64,000 nucleotides of DNA, taken from Eledone cirrhosa (taxonomy: Eukaryota). The position numbers were made by a program, and so were the translations under genes. Positions 1-11,722 of the stretch are shown here, in pieces. The stretch is taken from positions 185,752,001 through 185,816,000 of the forward strand of contig OZ024743.1 in NCBI GenBank assembly GCA_964016885.1, in the 5' to 3' direction. The first letter of the stretch is position 1. Every line of letters starts with the position of its first letter. The notes under the pieces are model-generated. The model ran no database searches. It worked only from the letters and a program-made list of their open reading frames with translations, and was not told where the DNA came from.

Positions 1-120
1 TCGTGTGTCATTGCCTTTGAGAGGTGTAATTGGGTAAGGTCGGCTTTTATCACCTCATCCCAGGTCATCTTGGGTCTCCCCGCTCCATGGTTTCCATTCT
101 TGGGCCTCCCCACTCCGCGG
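1..120 (-). mobile_element. RTE-clade LINE fragment, C-terminal coding end, truncated by the window edge
   Basis: Minus strand reads GRPKMTWDEVIKADLTQLHLSKAMTR, matching the C-terminus of the RTE at 28859-29737 (GRPRKTWDDLLNSDLTHLHLSKTM). Confidence 0.75.
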
Positions 121-159
121 TATATATATATATATATATATATCAGTCGATGTGACCAG

Positions 160-219
160 ATTTCAACACAACAACAACAACTACAGCAACAACACCATTG
201 TCTGTGTTGAATGTGTATG

Positions 220-250
<31 letters not shown>

Positions 251-535
251 GTATGTGTATATATCACACATGCGAAACGACCAAATTTCAACCCAGCGAC
301 TACAACAACAGCAACAACACCATTGTTTGCAGCAGCAGCATCAGTGAAATGAACAACAACGGCAACAACAACAACGACAATAATAACAACTGCCATCACC
401 ATCACTGACACTATCCACCACCACCACCACCATTACCATCACTGACACCATCCACCACCACCATCACTGACACCATCCACCACAACCACCATCACCTTCA
501 CTGACACCATCCACGACCATCACCATCACCAATGA
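160..535. repeat. Compound microsatellites: (AAC)n, (TA)n, (CAC/CAT)n with a repeated CACTGACACCATCCAC unit
   Basis: Directly visible low-complexity repeats. Confidence 0.85.
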
Positions 536-949
536 TCAGACCTTAAGAAGAAGAAAACAACTATAATAATAGTAATAACTATTCTGTTCTTGGCGTGGGG
601 CAGCGATTGTCCCAGCGCATTGCTGGTGCCTTGTTTTGGGCCTGGAGCATGGAGGGCCGTTGCTCTATGCTGTAAAGCAAACAATTATTATTATTATAAT
701 AATACTGAACTGTAACACTCGGCTTCTATTATATGAGCTCTTTCTAAAGTCAACTGTTGACATGATCTTGTATCAGTACTGACAGTAATATGTATGTGTG
801 TGTGTGAGTGGCGTGTGTGTGTTTGTATGCATGAGTGTTGGTGTGTGAGTGGCGTGTGTATTTGCATGCATGAGTGTTGGTGTGTGAGTGAGTGTGTGTG
901 TGTGTGCCGTGAGTGTCAATAAGTGTTTTTTTTTGTTATGACCATGTAG

Positions 950-1768
950 TAAAATGGAGGGGTAGAGAGGGCCTATGAGTCCAGTAAGACAGCCTCTCTA
1001 GTGCTGGTGGCACGAATAAAAGCACCCAGTCTATGCTGTAAAGTAGCACTGGTGTTAGGAAGGGCATCCAACCAGTGTATCAATGCCAAAACAATTATGA
1101 GCACAGCAACAAATATATACCATGTTAGGGCTGCGCACGGTAGTGGGGCGGCTGGTGCAACCATGTGCGAGAACCCCCTGACCGTCTTCAAGCAATCGCA
1201 CTACAGGAAAAGGAACAACAAAAATATGAAGACGTCGCATCTCAGAGTTGCAACACTTAATGTTGGCACTCTCACAGGTAGATCTGGTGAAATAGCAGAG
1301 ATGCTGGAGAGAAGGCATGTGGATGTGTGCTGCGTGCAAGAGGTGAGATGGAGAGGTGCCTCTGCGAGACTAATCACAGGCAAATATCTTAGTTATAAGC
1401 TTTTCTGGGTGGGTAAGGATGATGGGTTAGGGGGAGTAGGCATTTTCCTGGCTGAGAGATAGATCAATAAGACAGTAGAGGTAGTTCGAGTTAATAATCG
1501 AATAATTAAGCTTAGATTAGTTGTAGGCAGGAGACTACTGACAATCATCTCTGCCTATGCTCCCCAAGCAGGCCAAGGTAAAGAAGAGAAAGACTGCTTT
1601 TACGAGCAACTTTTACAAACAGCCGCAATGACAGAGGACGGAGACATCGTTATGCTAGCAGGGGACTTCAATGGTCATGTTGGACAGCTCCAGGATGGTT
1701 ACACTGGGGTACATGGTGGGCACGGTTACGGCTCAAGAAATGAAGAAGGAGTGAGACTTCTTGAGTTT
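950..1768 (+). mobile_element. 5' part of an RTE LINE (APE endonuclease, disrupted), truncated at 1768
   Basis: LRVATLNVGTLTGRS..VDVCCVQEVRW..GVGI, stop at 1460-1462, then SAYAPQ and AGDFNGHVG motifs in the same frame. Confidence 0.85.
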
Positions 1769-1917
1769 AAATAATTACACACAATTATTATTTTTTATAT
1801 TAATGTCAATGATAAAGAATATATAATATATATATCTATATACATATATATATAAAATATTAAAAAAATAATGAATAAAACAATGAAACAGTTCCTTATA
1901 TTAAACAAAAAAAGTTC

Positions 1918-2064
1918 ATTATTTAACGATCGTTTCTAGGACATATATGTGTTAGAATTGGCATGCATATTTAACAGATCTATGTACAAAATTATACAAA
2001 ATTATACAAACTATCAAATTTAATATACATACCAACACATATATATGCCGTCTTCAGAAATAAT
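1918..2064 (-). ncRNA. Type I hammerhead ribozyme candidate (HHR-1) with a long stem II
   Basis: AUUAUUU-CUGAAGA-[long imperfect stem II]-GAAAC-GAUC-GUU-AAAUAAU; perfect 7-bp stem I and palindromic minimal stem III. Confidence 0.65.
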
Positions 2065-2340
2065 ATATATATATATATTTATATATATATTTATATATAT
2101 ACAATATATAGAGAAACACACAGATACATGCGGACACATACATACACATGAATATATCCACATATATTCCTGAGTTAGTGGTACCAACCTCAACCGATGT
2201 TGCTCTATGAATAACTGGGACAGAACTACCCGAATGGATTAGATTGATTCAGTATCAGAGCTATAAAGTACATTATGAAGAGAGAAGAAACATTAGATAT
2301 AATTAGTAATAAGATATATCATACCTAGCTGGTTCTTCAG

Positions 2341-2434
2341 TCCCCGACTACGTAGTTTCGTGGCATATTGTGCAAAAACACTACATCAAAGAGATATAGG
2401 GTTTTTGTGAGGTTCTGCCGACTTATCAAGGGGA
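2341..2434 (-). ncRNA. Type I hammerhead ribozyme candidate (HHR-2), U3-A8 core variant
   Basis: UCCCC-UUGAUAA-GU(C)GGCA..CAAAAAC-C-CUAUAUC-ucuuu-GAUGUAG-U-GUUUUUG..UGCCAC-GAAAC-UACGUA-GUC-GGGGA. Confidence 0.7.
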
Positions 2435-2948
2435 TGCCTCATTAAGGATTTCAAAACACGTCTGTGATGCGTGAGATAGAATCTCGAAAAGGCGGAGAGG
2501 GAGTCAATCACGTGATACAGCGGTCAAGAGCTAAGCCCCTTATAACCCTGAAAAAAATACCACGGAGACGGAGGGGGTATTTATATCAAAGCCGTAGAAG
2601 AGGTGGTTTGAGGAGGCGAGAAGTATGAGTAATGGTAGCTATCCAGCAGTCACTACACTTCAAAGGTTACTCGACCAAAGGGAGTTATAAACAATATTTA
2701 TAGAGAAACACACAGATACATGCGGACACATACATATACATGAATATATCTACAGATATCCCTGTGTTAGTGGTACCAACCTCAACCGATGTTGCTCTAT
2801 GAATAACTGGGACAGAACTACCCGAATGGATTAGACTGATTCAGTATCAGAGCTATATAATACTATGTAGTCGAGGACTATAGAAGCAGTTTAGGTATGA
2901 TATATCTTATTACTAATTATATCTAATGTTTCTTCTCTCTTCATAATG

Positions 2949-3004
<56 letters not shown>

Positions 3005-4051
3005 GTATGTATGTATATATGTCTATATATATATTATATATTCTTTATCATTGACATTAATATAAAAAATAATAATTGTGTATAATTCATATAGCTTAGG
3101 ACAGAGGTGGCGTTGAGAAGGTTCGGCGAGGTCTGGGCCTAAAAAGGTTTTGGGAGGAGGATAATAGAGAAAAGGAGCATTGGTAGGAATGGAGAGGCTG
3201 TAAGTGTCTTTCTGCCTGTGAAAACTTGTTCTTTCCCCAACTTAATCAAACACTCTTCCCAGGGCTGGGTTCATCAAATATTTGCAGCTTTAGAGACAAC
3301 AGATTGCTATCAGAACAAAAGGTATCTCATATCACTTACATGGAGATCATCAACCATCAGATGGTTGTGGCATTTGTTTGTGTGTGTGTATGTGCCCACT
3401 TTCACTCTATATATATATGTATATCTACCCACACACACCCATCAGTGGTTAAGGAGAGTGAAGAGAGTACCACTGAGCTGCTGTTAAATTTCACTGTGTG
3501 TGTGTGATTTTATATATATATATATAACAAAGAGGGTGTGGTAAGATACCAGGTGGATCATACATAACACACCAGAGTACTCGATACTTGGGGTAGTTGT
3601 AGAGTGGGTAATATGAAAAGATTCAGGACCCTGACGGCTGAGCTCCAGCCGTTTCGACAGCTAGATCCGAACTGAGTTCAGATCTAGCTGCCAAAAGTGA
3701 CTGAATACTACCATTCTCAACATCTGCTACTGCTTATATATATATATGTGTCAGAGTTATTCTTAGTAAAATTCAGCCCGAGATTGAGCGGCTACTTTTA
3801 CTTCACCAAACTCATCCTTCTCATTGAAGCCCGTCCTGGATGGGCTGTTTTAGTGGTATAGTATTGACTTCTCCAATATGCATTGTAAATTTGTGCATCA
3901 TTTTATTGAGTAAGAATATATTTGCATATGTAAAAAGGTCTCTTTTTTTTCGGTGGTGGCTTGAGGGACACTATGAATTTATTATTTATAATATCATTAT
4001 AGTATTGTATATATATATGATATAATAGTATATTAACTATCAAATGATACA

Positions 4052-5122
4052 TCTCGATATATATAAAACAGAGGATGTCTGTCTGTTTGTCTGTGTAAAT
4101 CCCTAAAACTCGAGCAGTACCCGACCGATTTTTTCAAACTTTACACATGCGTTACTTATATTTCTTGAAGTACAATGGGCTAAAAAATTTCACTTTTTCA
4201 GCCCTAGTGCATTAGGCAAAAAAACGCATTTAGGCTTTTTTGAGGCGTAACTTAAAAATAATCCAGACGATTTCCTCGAAATTTACAGCACACATTAGTT
4301 AGTCCCCTCGCATTGCTGTGGACAATTTCCGAATCCATTAATGGTTTCTAGGAAATTTACGAATTAGCATAGGCATTACATGTCATTTTCATTTTCAATA
4401 TAAACGCTACTTAAACATCGTAAGTAGCGTATAATATTTCGTTAAAAATTTGGTTTATTTAACAGAGGACACAACACTTACTTACTTTTAAGCAGGCCAT
4501 TTTCGGGGGATTGAGGAAATGAGGAGGAACTTAGGATTTTTGTCGGTGTCCTGTTGACGCTTCATGCTTTCATCACACGCAAATCTGTCACGTCTGTGCT
4601 ACTTCTATTAAGACCCCATTTGTTGCACCTACACCGCAGTATGAACACCCTGCGCAAGTACGCCGAACAGCCGTTGTGCTAATTCCGCGGTGACTCTTTT
4701 TGTCGCACCTTTGTTGCTGTGTAAACGCAGTGCCACCCAGCGTTTGTGCTAATTGCACTATGACCCCCTTTTGCTGCAGCTGCGTTGCAATATCCCTACT
4801 TAAACGTACATCCCTACGTGGTTTTCACACAATTGACTACGGCGTTCCTTCACACTGACGTGTGTTCCCCATCCGTGACATAATTTGTGAACAGACCTAC
4901 GACATACATCGCCCCACAACACTTACTTACTCCTTTTGCATTCAGGATTTCCGCAATCAACACACTAACACTGCTACTACTGGATTCGGCCTGCTGGTGT
5001 TCTACGTTTCCAGTAGATGAACAATATTCCCTGAAAAAAAGGGAATTCAAAAAGTACAATCTTTGCATATGCGTGTTGCTATTTCACTGGGTCAGACCAT
5101 GAACGCTGGGTCCTGCTGCTAG
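4052..5122 (+). mobile_element. Non-autonomous Helitron-like element
   Basis: 5' TC..TATATATAAAACAGAG start, 3' CGCTGGGTC..GCTAG|T end; the first ~150 bp resemble the element at 31598-32195 in opposite orientation. Confidence 0.6.
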
Positions 5123-7266
5123 TATTATATATAAAATAATGATTTTATTTATTATACATTATTTATAATTTGTCTTTAGGCAGGTCTCTCTGGAAGAAAA
5201 AAAAAGGGGGGGGTGCAGGTATTACGTGGCCACGAGGGGGAGCAGTGGCCCCAAAAGTTTGAGAACCTCTGGCTTAGGGCTTCAGCAGGTGAAAGTTTGG
5301 CCCTGACAAAGACTATCATTTGCTTTAACTAAAATGTAAACAAATCTAAACCAAATCCATGCTGTCCATGAACTTAACCAAATGCGAATTTGCAACTAGA
5401 ACCTGCCTCTAAATAACAACCACTAACCTATTAGCCAACTGCACCCTATCCATAATAACACTCAAGTGAGCAAAAGCAATAACAAGCAATCCCACCAAAG
5501 GACCTACATGTCAGAGGTCTTTTCTTTCATTTGAAGCAGTATGTAATATCAACGAGTATGATAATATTTGTTTGTAATTAGAAAGGAATGGTTTGTTATT
5601 TCAATAAATGTAAGTTGAATTGAGGTTCGGCTGTAAGTCTCAGGTTCTGTTGCTGCTGTGATAATAACTCCGGAAAGAATCTTTCCGTACCACATTTAAA
5701 GACTATGGCTGTGGTAATAGCATCACAAGACTTTACAATGTTTTTACATAATTTATTTACAAAGGTTGAGTTGGATTGAACCGACATGCCAAAACAAATG
5801 AAACAAACAAATTAAGAGTCCAGAAGGCACAGTCCACTGGGTGAGGTGTTGGCCAGGCCCATGGTTACATTGTTGTGTTACATATTGGTGTTACATTTCA
5901 CGGTGAAAGAAAAATGGTTGTTTACCTTTCCACAGTCAAAGCTGCAAGAGATCGAGTTTATTGAAAGTTGCGGGGAAAATCTCAGTTTGGGCGGAAGTTG
6001 AAAATACATATCCGTGCATGACTCACGATTGGCCTGACTTAGCCAAATCGCGCACGGACAGCCTATCAATGCGCCAAGGAAAGTAGCTTGCTACACATTT
6101 ATCTAATAACCAGCTAACAGAATTGCAAGTTTATAACATTAAATCTGTAAATGATTATGCTTGTGTTATATATTCCTTGATTCAACTACAGAATATTTTC
6201 CTGCCAGTTCCAGATGATAGCAAGTTGGCAGAAATGGTTGAGATTAGAATAGATGCTTTGTAATATTTAGTTTCATCCTTCAATCTGAGTTCAAATCTAA
6301 TTACTGAATGCTGAACCTGGCGCAATACTGCAACAGCTCCTGTTCATTATTTTCATGAACAGGATTGATGTGCACAGCTAGGTTGGAAGTAGTATTATGA
6401 GTGGTGGGTGTAAAATCAGTTGGTTGGAATTTGCAGACGACATGGTTTTACTTAACTCGACAGAAGGTGATCTCCAACTTGTACTTGATAGGTTTGATGC
6501 CGAGTGCTGCATGCCATAGAAACCATGCTATATATATAAAATGTATGAGCAAGATGAGGGCTCTCCAATTCATCTTATCTCAGACCATGAACAACCTGTC
6601 AAACTCATGCAAGCATGGAGAGTAGACATTAAACAGTGATGATGATTATGATAATGATCCTGGAATGATGGAAAACAAAATAACCCTAGTGGGATTATAT
6701 TTATATTTCAACCATGCAGCACTAGGCATCAAACCTAGTGGGATTATATTTATTTTCCAGAACAAAGCACTTTGGTTCTGCCAAAAAAAGGATACCTCTT
6801 CCACATATTTCCATCTTTCTTCAGCAGGCTGTTAATGAAGCTAGTAACCAAAGATTTGAGTGGCTTTATGCACACAAGTGATTCAGTTGGGACATGGTTT
6901 AATCACTGGAAAAAAGATTTTGTTCATATTAAGATTTCTGCGTGCAGTGATTGCTAGAAATGACAGAACTTTCATACTGATCCAATATATACAGTTCAAT
7001 AGTGGTCATATAAAACAAGAAGTGAACAGATTGACAGTCCAGATTATATCGATTCTGTGAGATAACTGTAGACCTTTCTATAAGGCAGGTTCATAAATAG
7101 TATCAGATTTTACATTTTGATGAGTGCCTTCATTGTTGTTGGGTGTTCTGAAATGTCAGGACCCATTAATCAGTGATCAATCTTGTTTTGATTGATCTCA
7201 TTGTCACTGGAAAGAGAAATGGAGGGGAGGGAGAAAGATTGATTTGAATGAAATAAGATTTATAAT

Positions 7267-7550
7267 TAATGTCCATTTCCACGCTAGCATGGATTGGACG
7301 GTTTTACCCCACTTGAGGCGAGATTGGTTGGGAGACTGTGTACAGAACTGTCTCGCTTGTACAGAACTGTTACTGGCAGGTTTTCTATGGTTGGATGCCA
7401 GGTTTTCTACGGCTGGATGCCCTAGAAAACCTGCCAGAAACAGCTCCGTTCGAGCGAGACACGGTCTCCCAACCAATCTCACTTCAAATGGGACAAAACG
7501 TCTAACCCATGCTAGCATGGAAGATGGACATTAAACGATGATGATGATGA
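7267..7550. repeat. Two inverted copies of an RTE-tail repeat forming a ~270-bp palindrome
   Basis: 7267-7390 is the imperfect reverse complement of 7422-7535; the same 3' sequence and (GAT)n tail occur at 30030-30158 and 11075-11235. Confidence 0.75.
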
Positions 7551-7568
7551 ATTGTTTCCATTATTGCA

Positions 7569-7760
7569 GGTGGATTGGCAGTATTGGTAGAGGGTCGGAC
7601 GCCATGCTTTGACGCATTGAGTTACGGCCCTTGCCATTCTGAGTTCAAATCCTACCGAGGTTAACTTTGCCTTTCATCCTTACGGGGTCAATAAAATAAA
7701 GTACCAATAATACACTGGGGTAATAGCTGGCCTTGTGCCAAAAGTAGAAACAATTATTGT
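7569..7760 (+). mobile_element. tRNA-derived SINE (dominant family in the window)
   Basis: A-box-like TGGCAGTATTGG, B-box GAGTTCAAATCC, conserved core CTTTGCCTTTCATCCTT..GGGGTC.ATAAAATAAAGTACCA; more than 12 copies in the window. Confidence 0.85.
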
Positions 7761-9139
7761 AGAAAGTTTATAAAGCTCATACCAAGATACAGTTAAGTGA
7801 GAACTAACATATAAATTACAAAGAACCACAATTTTTTTGATAATTAAAATTACACCCACAAAGTAGAGAAAAATCAACTTATCAAAAAATACAGCTTGAA
7901 AATCCAGAATAAACATTTGATAGAGAAATGAACTGAAAAGTAAGTCTAATCTTCAGCCTATATGGGGACCACTCTGGATATGTTTTGGTCTTATTAAACA
8001 TTGGTAGCTAAGCATTGTCTTGGTGGTATTTACTAGATCATAGAGTGACTGAGAAAATATCAATTATTTTCAGTGAAAAAAATTCACTGATTTGGAAATT
8101 TAAAATACTGTTGGGGTTAAATTTCCCAGTGTCGCTTTCTGCATCAAGATCATATAGTGGTAAATAATTTAACACACACATTCATACATTATAAGTGGGA
8201 AAAAATGATAATTTCATTGGATTTTTTTTTGTGGATTTACATTTGTGTTTCTTAATAGAAAATAAAATAAAATTGTGGTCTATTGTTATAGTAAAAATGA
8301 TATGGATCAGATAGCATGGAACCATTTTCCAACATACATAATTTGATCTAAGAGATCCTGTTAGATTTATTGAGTTGCCCACTCCATGTCTATTAGAATG
8401 AAAGACGAAGCAACAAAGCCACCCAAAACTGTCTCTCTTACAGTGTTCAAATTTAAATTTGAATCTCATTATTACATGAATAGATTTCAATAGTTAAATG
8501 TGTCTTTTACTATTAATTTAAGACAGAGTGGTAGATTGGTAGAGCATTGGATAAAATATTTTGTGATATTATAATACTTGAAGTACGTGAACATAAAGTG
8601 AAACTTGTGACTCTCATACTCATACAAGACTGCATGTTAATAACACATATTGTTTTCTTTATGTGGAAGTGCATGGCCAAGTAGTAAGGGTGTTGGACTT
8701 ATGATCATAATATTGTGGGTTTGATTCCTGGACAGTATACTTAACTGAAAATGAGTACCAGCAGTGGCTGGGGGTTTAACCCTGTGATGGACTGGCATCT
8801 TGTCCAAGGAGGAGTATTGTACTCAATTGCTTAACGCTACAGAAACTGGGATAAGCACTGGCCTGAGCTTCAGAGAGACTTTAGACATTTAAAAAAAAAT
8901 ATTCTTTATGTATAAAGGTGAAAGAAGATACTTGCTTAAAAGGGTCTACTTAGTAGGTTTACTTGATGTATATCAAGTGTACTATTCCACCCAGTTGTTG
9001 AAAATGAATTATATGTGTTTATATGTGTTTCTCAATTATAGCATGTTACTATACTTTTACACATGACATTGACTTATATTCTATGGTCTTTCTAATCTCA
9101 GTGCTGTACAGAATTAATCAAATAAGAACATCTTGTAAA

Positions 9140-10132
9140 AATTGTTTCTACTTTTGGCACAAGGCCAGCAATTACCCAGTGCATTAATGGTATTTTATTT
9201 TATTGACCTCGTAAGGATGAAAGGCAAAGTTAACCTTGGCAGGATCAGAACTCAGAACGTAAAGGGCCATGACTCTATGCTGCAAAGCATGGCATCTGAC
9301 CCTCTACCGATACTACCAATCCACCACACATATTGTAATAATAATTGTTTCTACTTTTTGGCACAAAGTCAGTAATTATCCCAGTGCATTACTGGTACTT
9401 TATTTTATCGACCCCGCAAGGATGAAAGGCAAAGTTAACCATAGCGGGATTTGAACTCAGACCGTAAAGGGCCGTAATTCTATGCTGCAAAGCATGGCAT
9501 CCGACCCTCTACCGATACTGCCAATCCACCACAATGATTACAAAGTTGATGGATTGGTAGAGTTGGTAGTCAGATAAAATGCCATTGTGATAATAGCTCT
9601 GGCTTGCTACATTCTTAATTCAAATCCTACTGAAGTCAACTTTGCCTTTCATCCTTCAAAGGTTGATAAAATAAAGTACAAGGCAAGTACTATAGTCAAT
9701 TCAATTAATCACACTCCCCAAATTTGCTAGTCTTGTGCCTAAAATAGAAATCAATAATAATGATTTTTAATATTGATGCAAGGTCTGAAAGTTTTATGGA
9801 AAGGTGTAGATGACTATGTTACTTGACACTTTATTTTATCAACTTTGTAAGAATGAAAAGCAAAAGCAAAGTTGACCATGTCTGGACCATAACTGATTTA
9901 CCAATCCATCATGCTATTCTAGTCAAATATAGATATCCAATATTGGCACATTAGTTATGGGTATAGCCAATTAAATCAACTCCAGCATTTGATTGGTACT
10001 TTGTTTTATCAATTTTGTAAGGATGAAAGGCAACGTTGACCTTGGCAGGATTTGAACTCAGAATATAAAGAGCTAGAAAAAATACTGCAATGGCATTTTA
10101 TCCCCCAGTCCACCAATTCTGCCAATCCACAA
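9140..10132. mobile_element. Cluster of SINE copies of the same family in mixed orientation
   Basis: Copies at ~9140-9325 (-), 9345-9530 (-), 9547-9755 (+), ~9765-9910 (-), ~9940-10132 (-). Confidence 0.8.
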
Positions 10133-10189
10133 CCTTGTTTCTGTGTCACAGGTTTTTTTCAGAGTTTTATGGTGGAAAAAATATGAGAG

Positions 10190-10880
10190 TTAAATCTTAG
10201 GTGCTGTGAAGACTGAGGCATTTGTCATCTCAAGGAAGCCTGTGAAATGCACTCTACATGTGAGTGGAGTTACACAGAAGCAAGTGGAGAAGTTCAAGTA
10301 TCTCGTGGCCATTTACACAAGTGATGGAAAGTAGGTGGTTGAATTAAATTCAAGAATTGCAGGTGCTGGTGCAGTAATGCTCCAGCTTCAGCATTGTCAT
10401 CAGAAGAAAAGAGGTAGGCATAAAAGTCAAACTTGCTATCTTCAATTTCGGATTTAATGCCAATCCTTACCTAAGGTCATGAATGTTGTGTAATGGCTAA
10501 AAGAATACAACCACAAATATAAGTTGCCAAAAAGGAGTTCCTCCAAAGCGTCTTTGGAGTAATGTTACTCAAGTGTAGCTCGAAAATCAAGCAGTCACTC
10601 CAGATAGAGCTGCTACTTATTCGAATTGAGAGATCACATCTCTGATACTATGGACATATGGTTAGAATGTCTAAGGAAAGAATTGTTGGATAGATTTTAT
10701 GGACAAAACCAACCGGCAAGATAGTTGGATAGCATCCATGAGCATGGCTGGTCTCGCATGGTAATCCAGCCAGATCAATTGGTGATGGTTGCTTTTATTA
10801 AGACTGTCTGGAAGGCATGTTTAAGGATCTGCCTCAATGACCCTCCCAAAGAAGGGGAGGAAGAGAAGGAGAAAAGAGAA
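10190..10880 (+). mobile_element. Degenerate 3' fragment of an RTE-like LINE (second family; related piece at ~26250-26590)
   Basis: Remnant QVEKFKYL and IERSHL*YYGHMVRMSKERI motifs with many stops; purine-rich (GAA/GAG)n tail. Confidence 0.6.
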
Positions 10881-11560
10881 GAAAAAGTCATCATCATTTT
10901 ATTTTGGATTTCAGCAGTATTTTTTGCAGATAACTTTCCCTGACATTTTTGACTTGGGGCAATGTAAAATTACATTTTCTGCTCCCTTAAAATGCAATAA
11001 ATTGCCAATAGCAATTTTAAACAAACGACACTTGCTTGAAAAGAAAGTGCAGTATTTTATCAGCTCAGTAACTTCATCATCATCATCGTCATCGTTTAAC
11101 GTCTATCTTCCATGCTAGCATGGGTTTAGACGGGAATTGTCCCACGTGAGGCAAGATTGGTTGTCTTACTCGTATAGGACTGTCTGGCAGGTTTTCTACG
11201 GCTGGATGCCCTTCCTAACACCAACCACGTTTACATCACTATTCTAATGATGTATACCTGAATGTAATTAATATTTTAAAATTTCATATACTTAGGGTAG
11301 TTTATGGGCAGAATTGGTAGAGGGTTGGATAAAATGCTCCTGCAGCATTTGTTTTAGCCCTTTACAATCCGAGTTAAAATCTTGCTGAGGTCAACTTTGT
11401 CTTTCATCCTTCCGGTGTATAAAGTATCAGTTAATTACTGGATCAGTTTGCCCTACCCCAAATTTGCTGGCTTTGTAGCCTAAATTAGTAATCTATATTT
11501 CATATATTTTTCTTTGTAGGTAACTTGAAATAAATAAAACAAAGAACTTTTCTTGACACA

Positions 11561-11626
11561 ATGGGTGATGTTGAGGAGTCAAAAAATTGTAAGCTCTTGT
11601 GGCTGGCCTGGTCATTTGGCATTGTG
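11561..11626 (+). CDS. MFSD4-like MFS transporter, coding exon 1
   Basis: ATG at 11561, MGDVEESKNCKLLWLAWSFGIV, donor GTGAGT at 11627 (phase 0); upstream acceptor TTTGTAG ending at 11519 implies a 5' non-coding exon. Confidence 0.8.
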
Positions 11627-11722
11627 GTGAGTTATTACAGCTGTTTCATCATTTGTTGATAATTTTGCTCCATTATCCAAAATGAGAGAAAACACTCATT
11701 TATATCATTATATCTTTTGCAG

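Larger units (their letters stand above)
1773..3087 (-). mobile_element. Non-autonomous Penelope-like/retrozyme-like element with two hammerhead motifs and internal direct and inverted repeats
   Basis: Inverted ends (~1773-1855 vs ~3005-3087), direct repeat (~2101-2265 vs ~2691-2857), inverted copy (~2268-2356 vs ~2862-2951), two hammerhead cores on the minus strand, no ORF. Confidence 0.6.

Noticed and set aside
2331-2340. Extra CUGAAGA on the minus strand just downstream of HHR-2
   Set aside because: No stem II followed by GAAA, so it is not a separate hammerhead.
3765-3850. Two GC hairpins (AGCCCG..CGGCT and AGCCCGTCC-T-GGATGGGCT) as another ribozyme
   Set aside because: No CUGANGA/GAAA core on either strand.
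5596-5787. 63-aa minus-strand ORF
   Set aside because: No recognisable motif or splice support.
7569-7660. tRNA genes suggested by A/B boxes here and in other SINE heads
   Set aside because: No cloverleaf, and each is followed by SINE core sequence.
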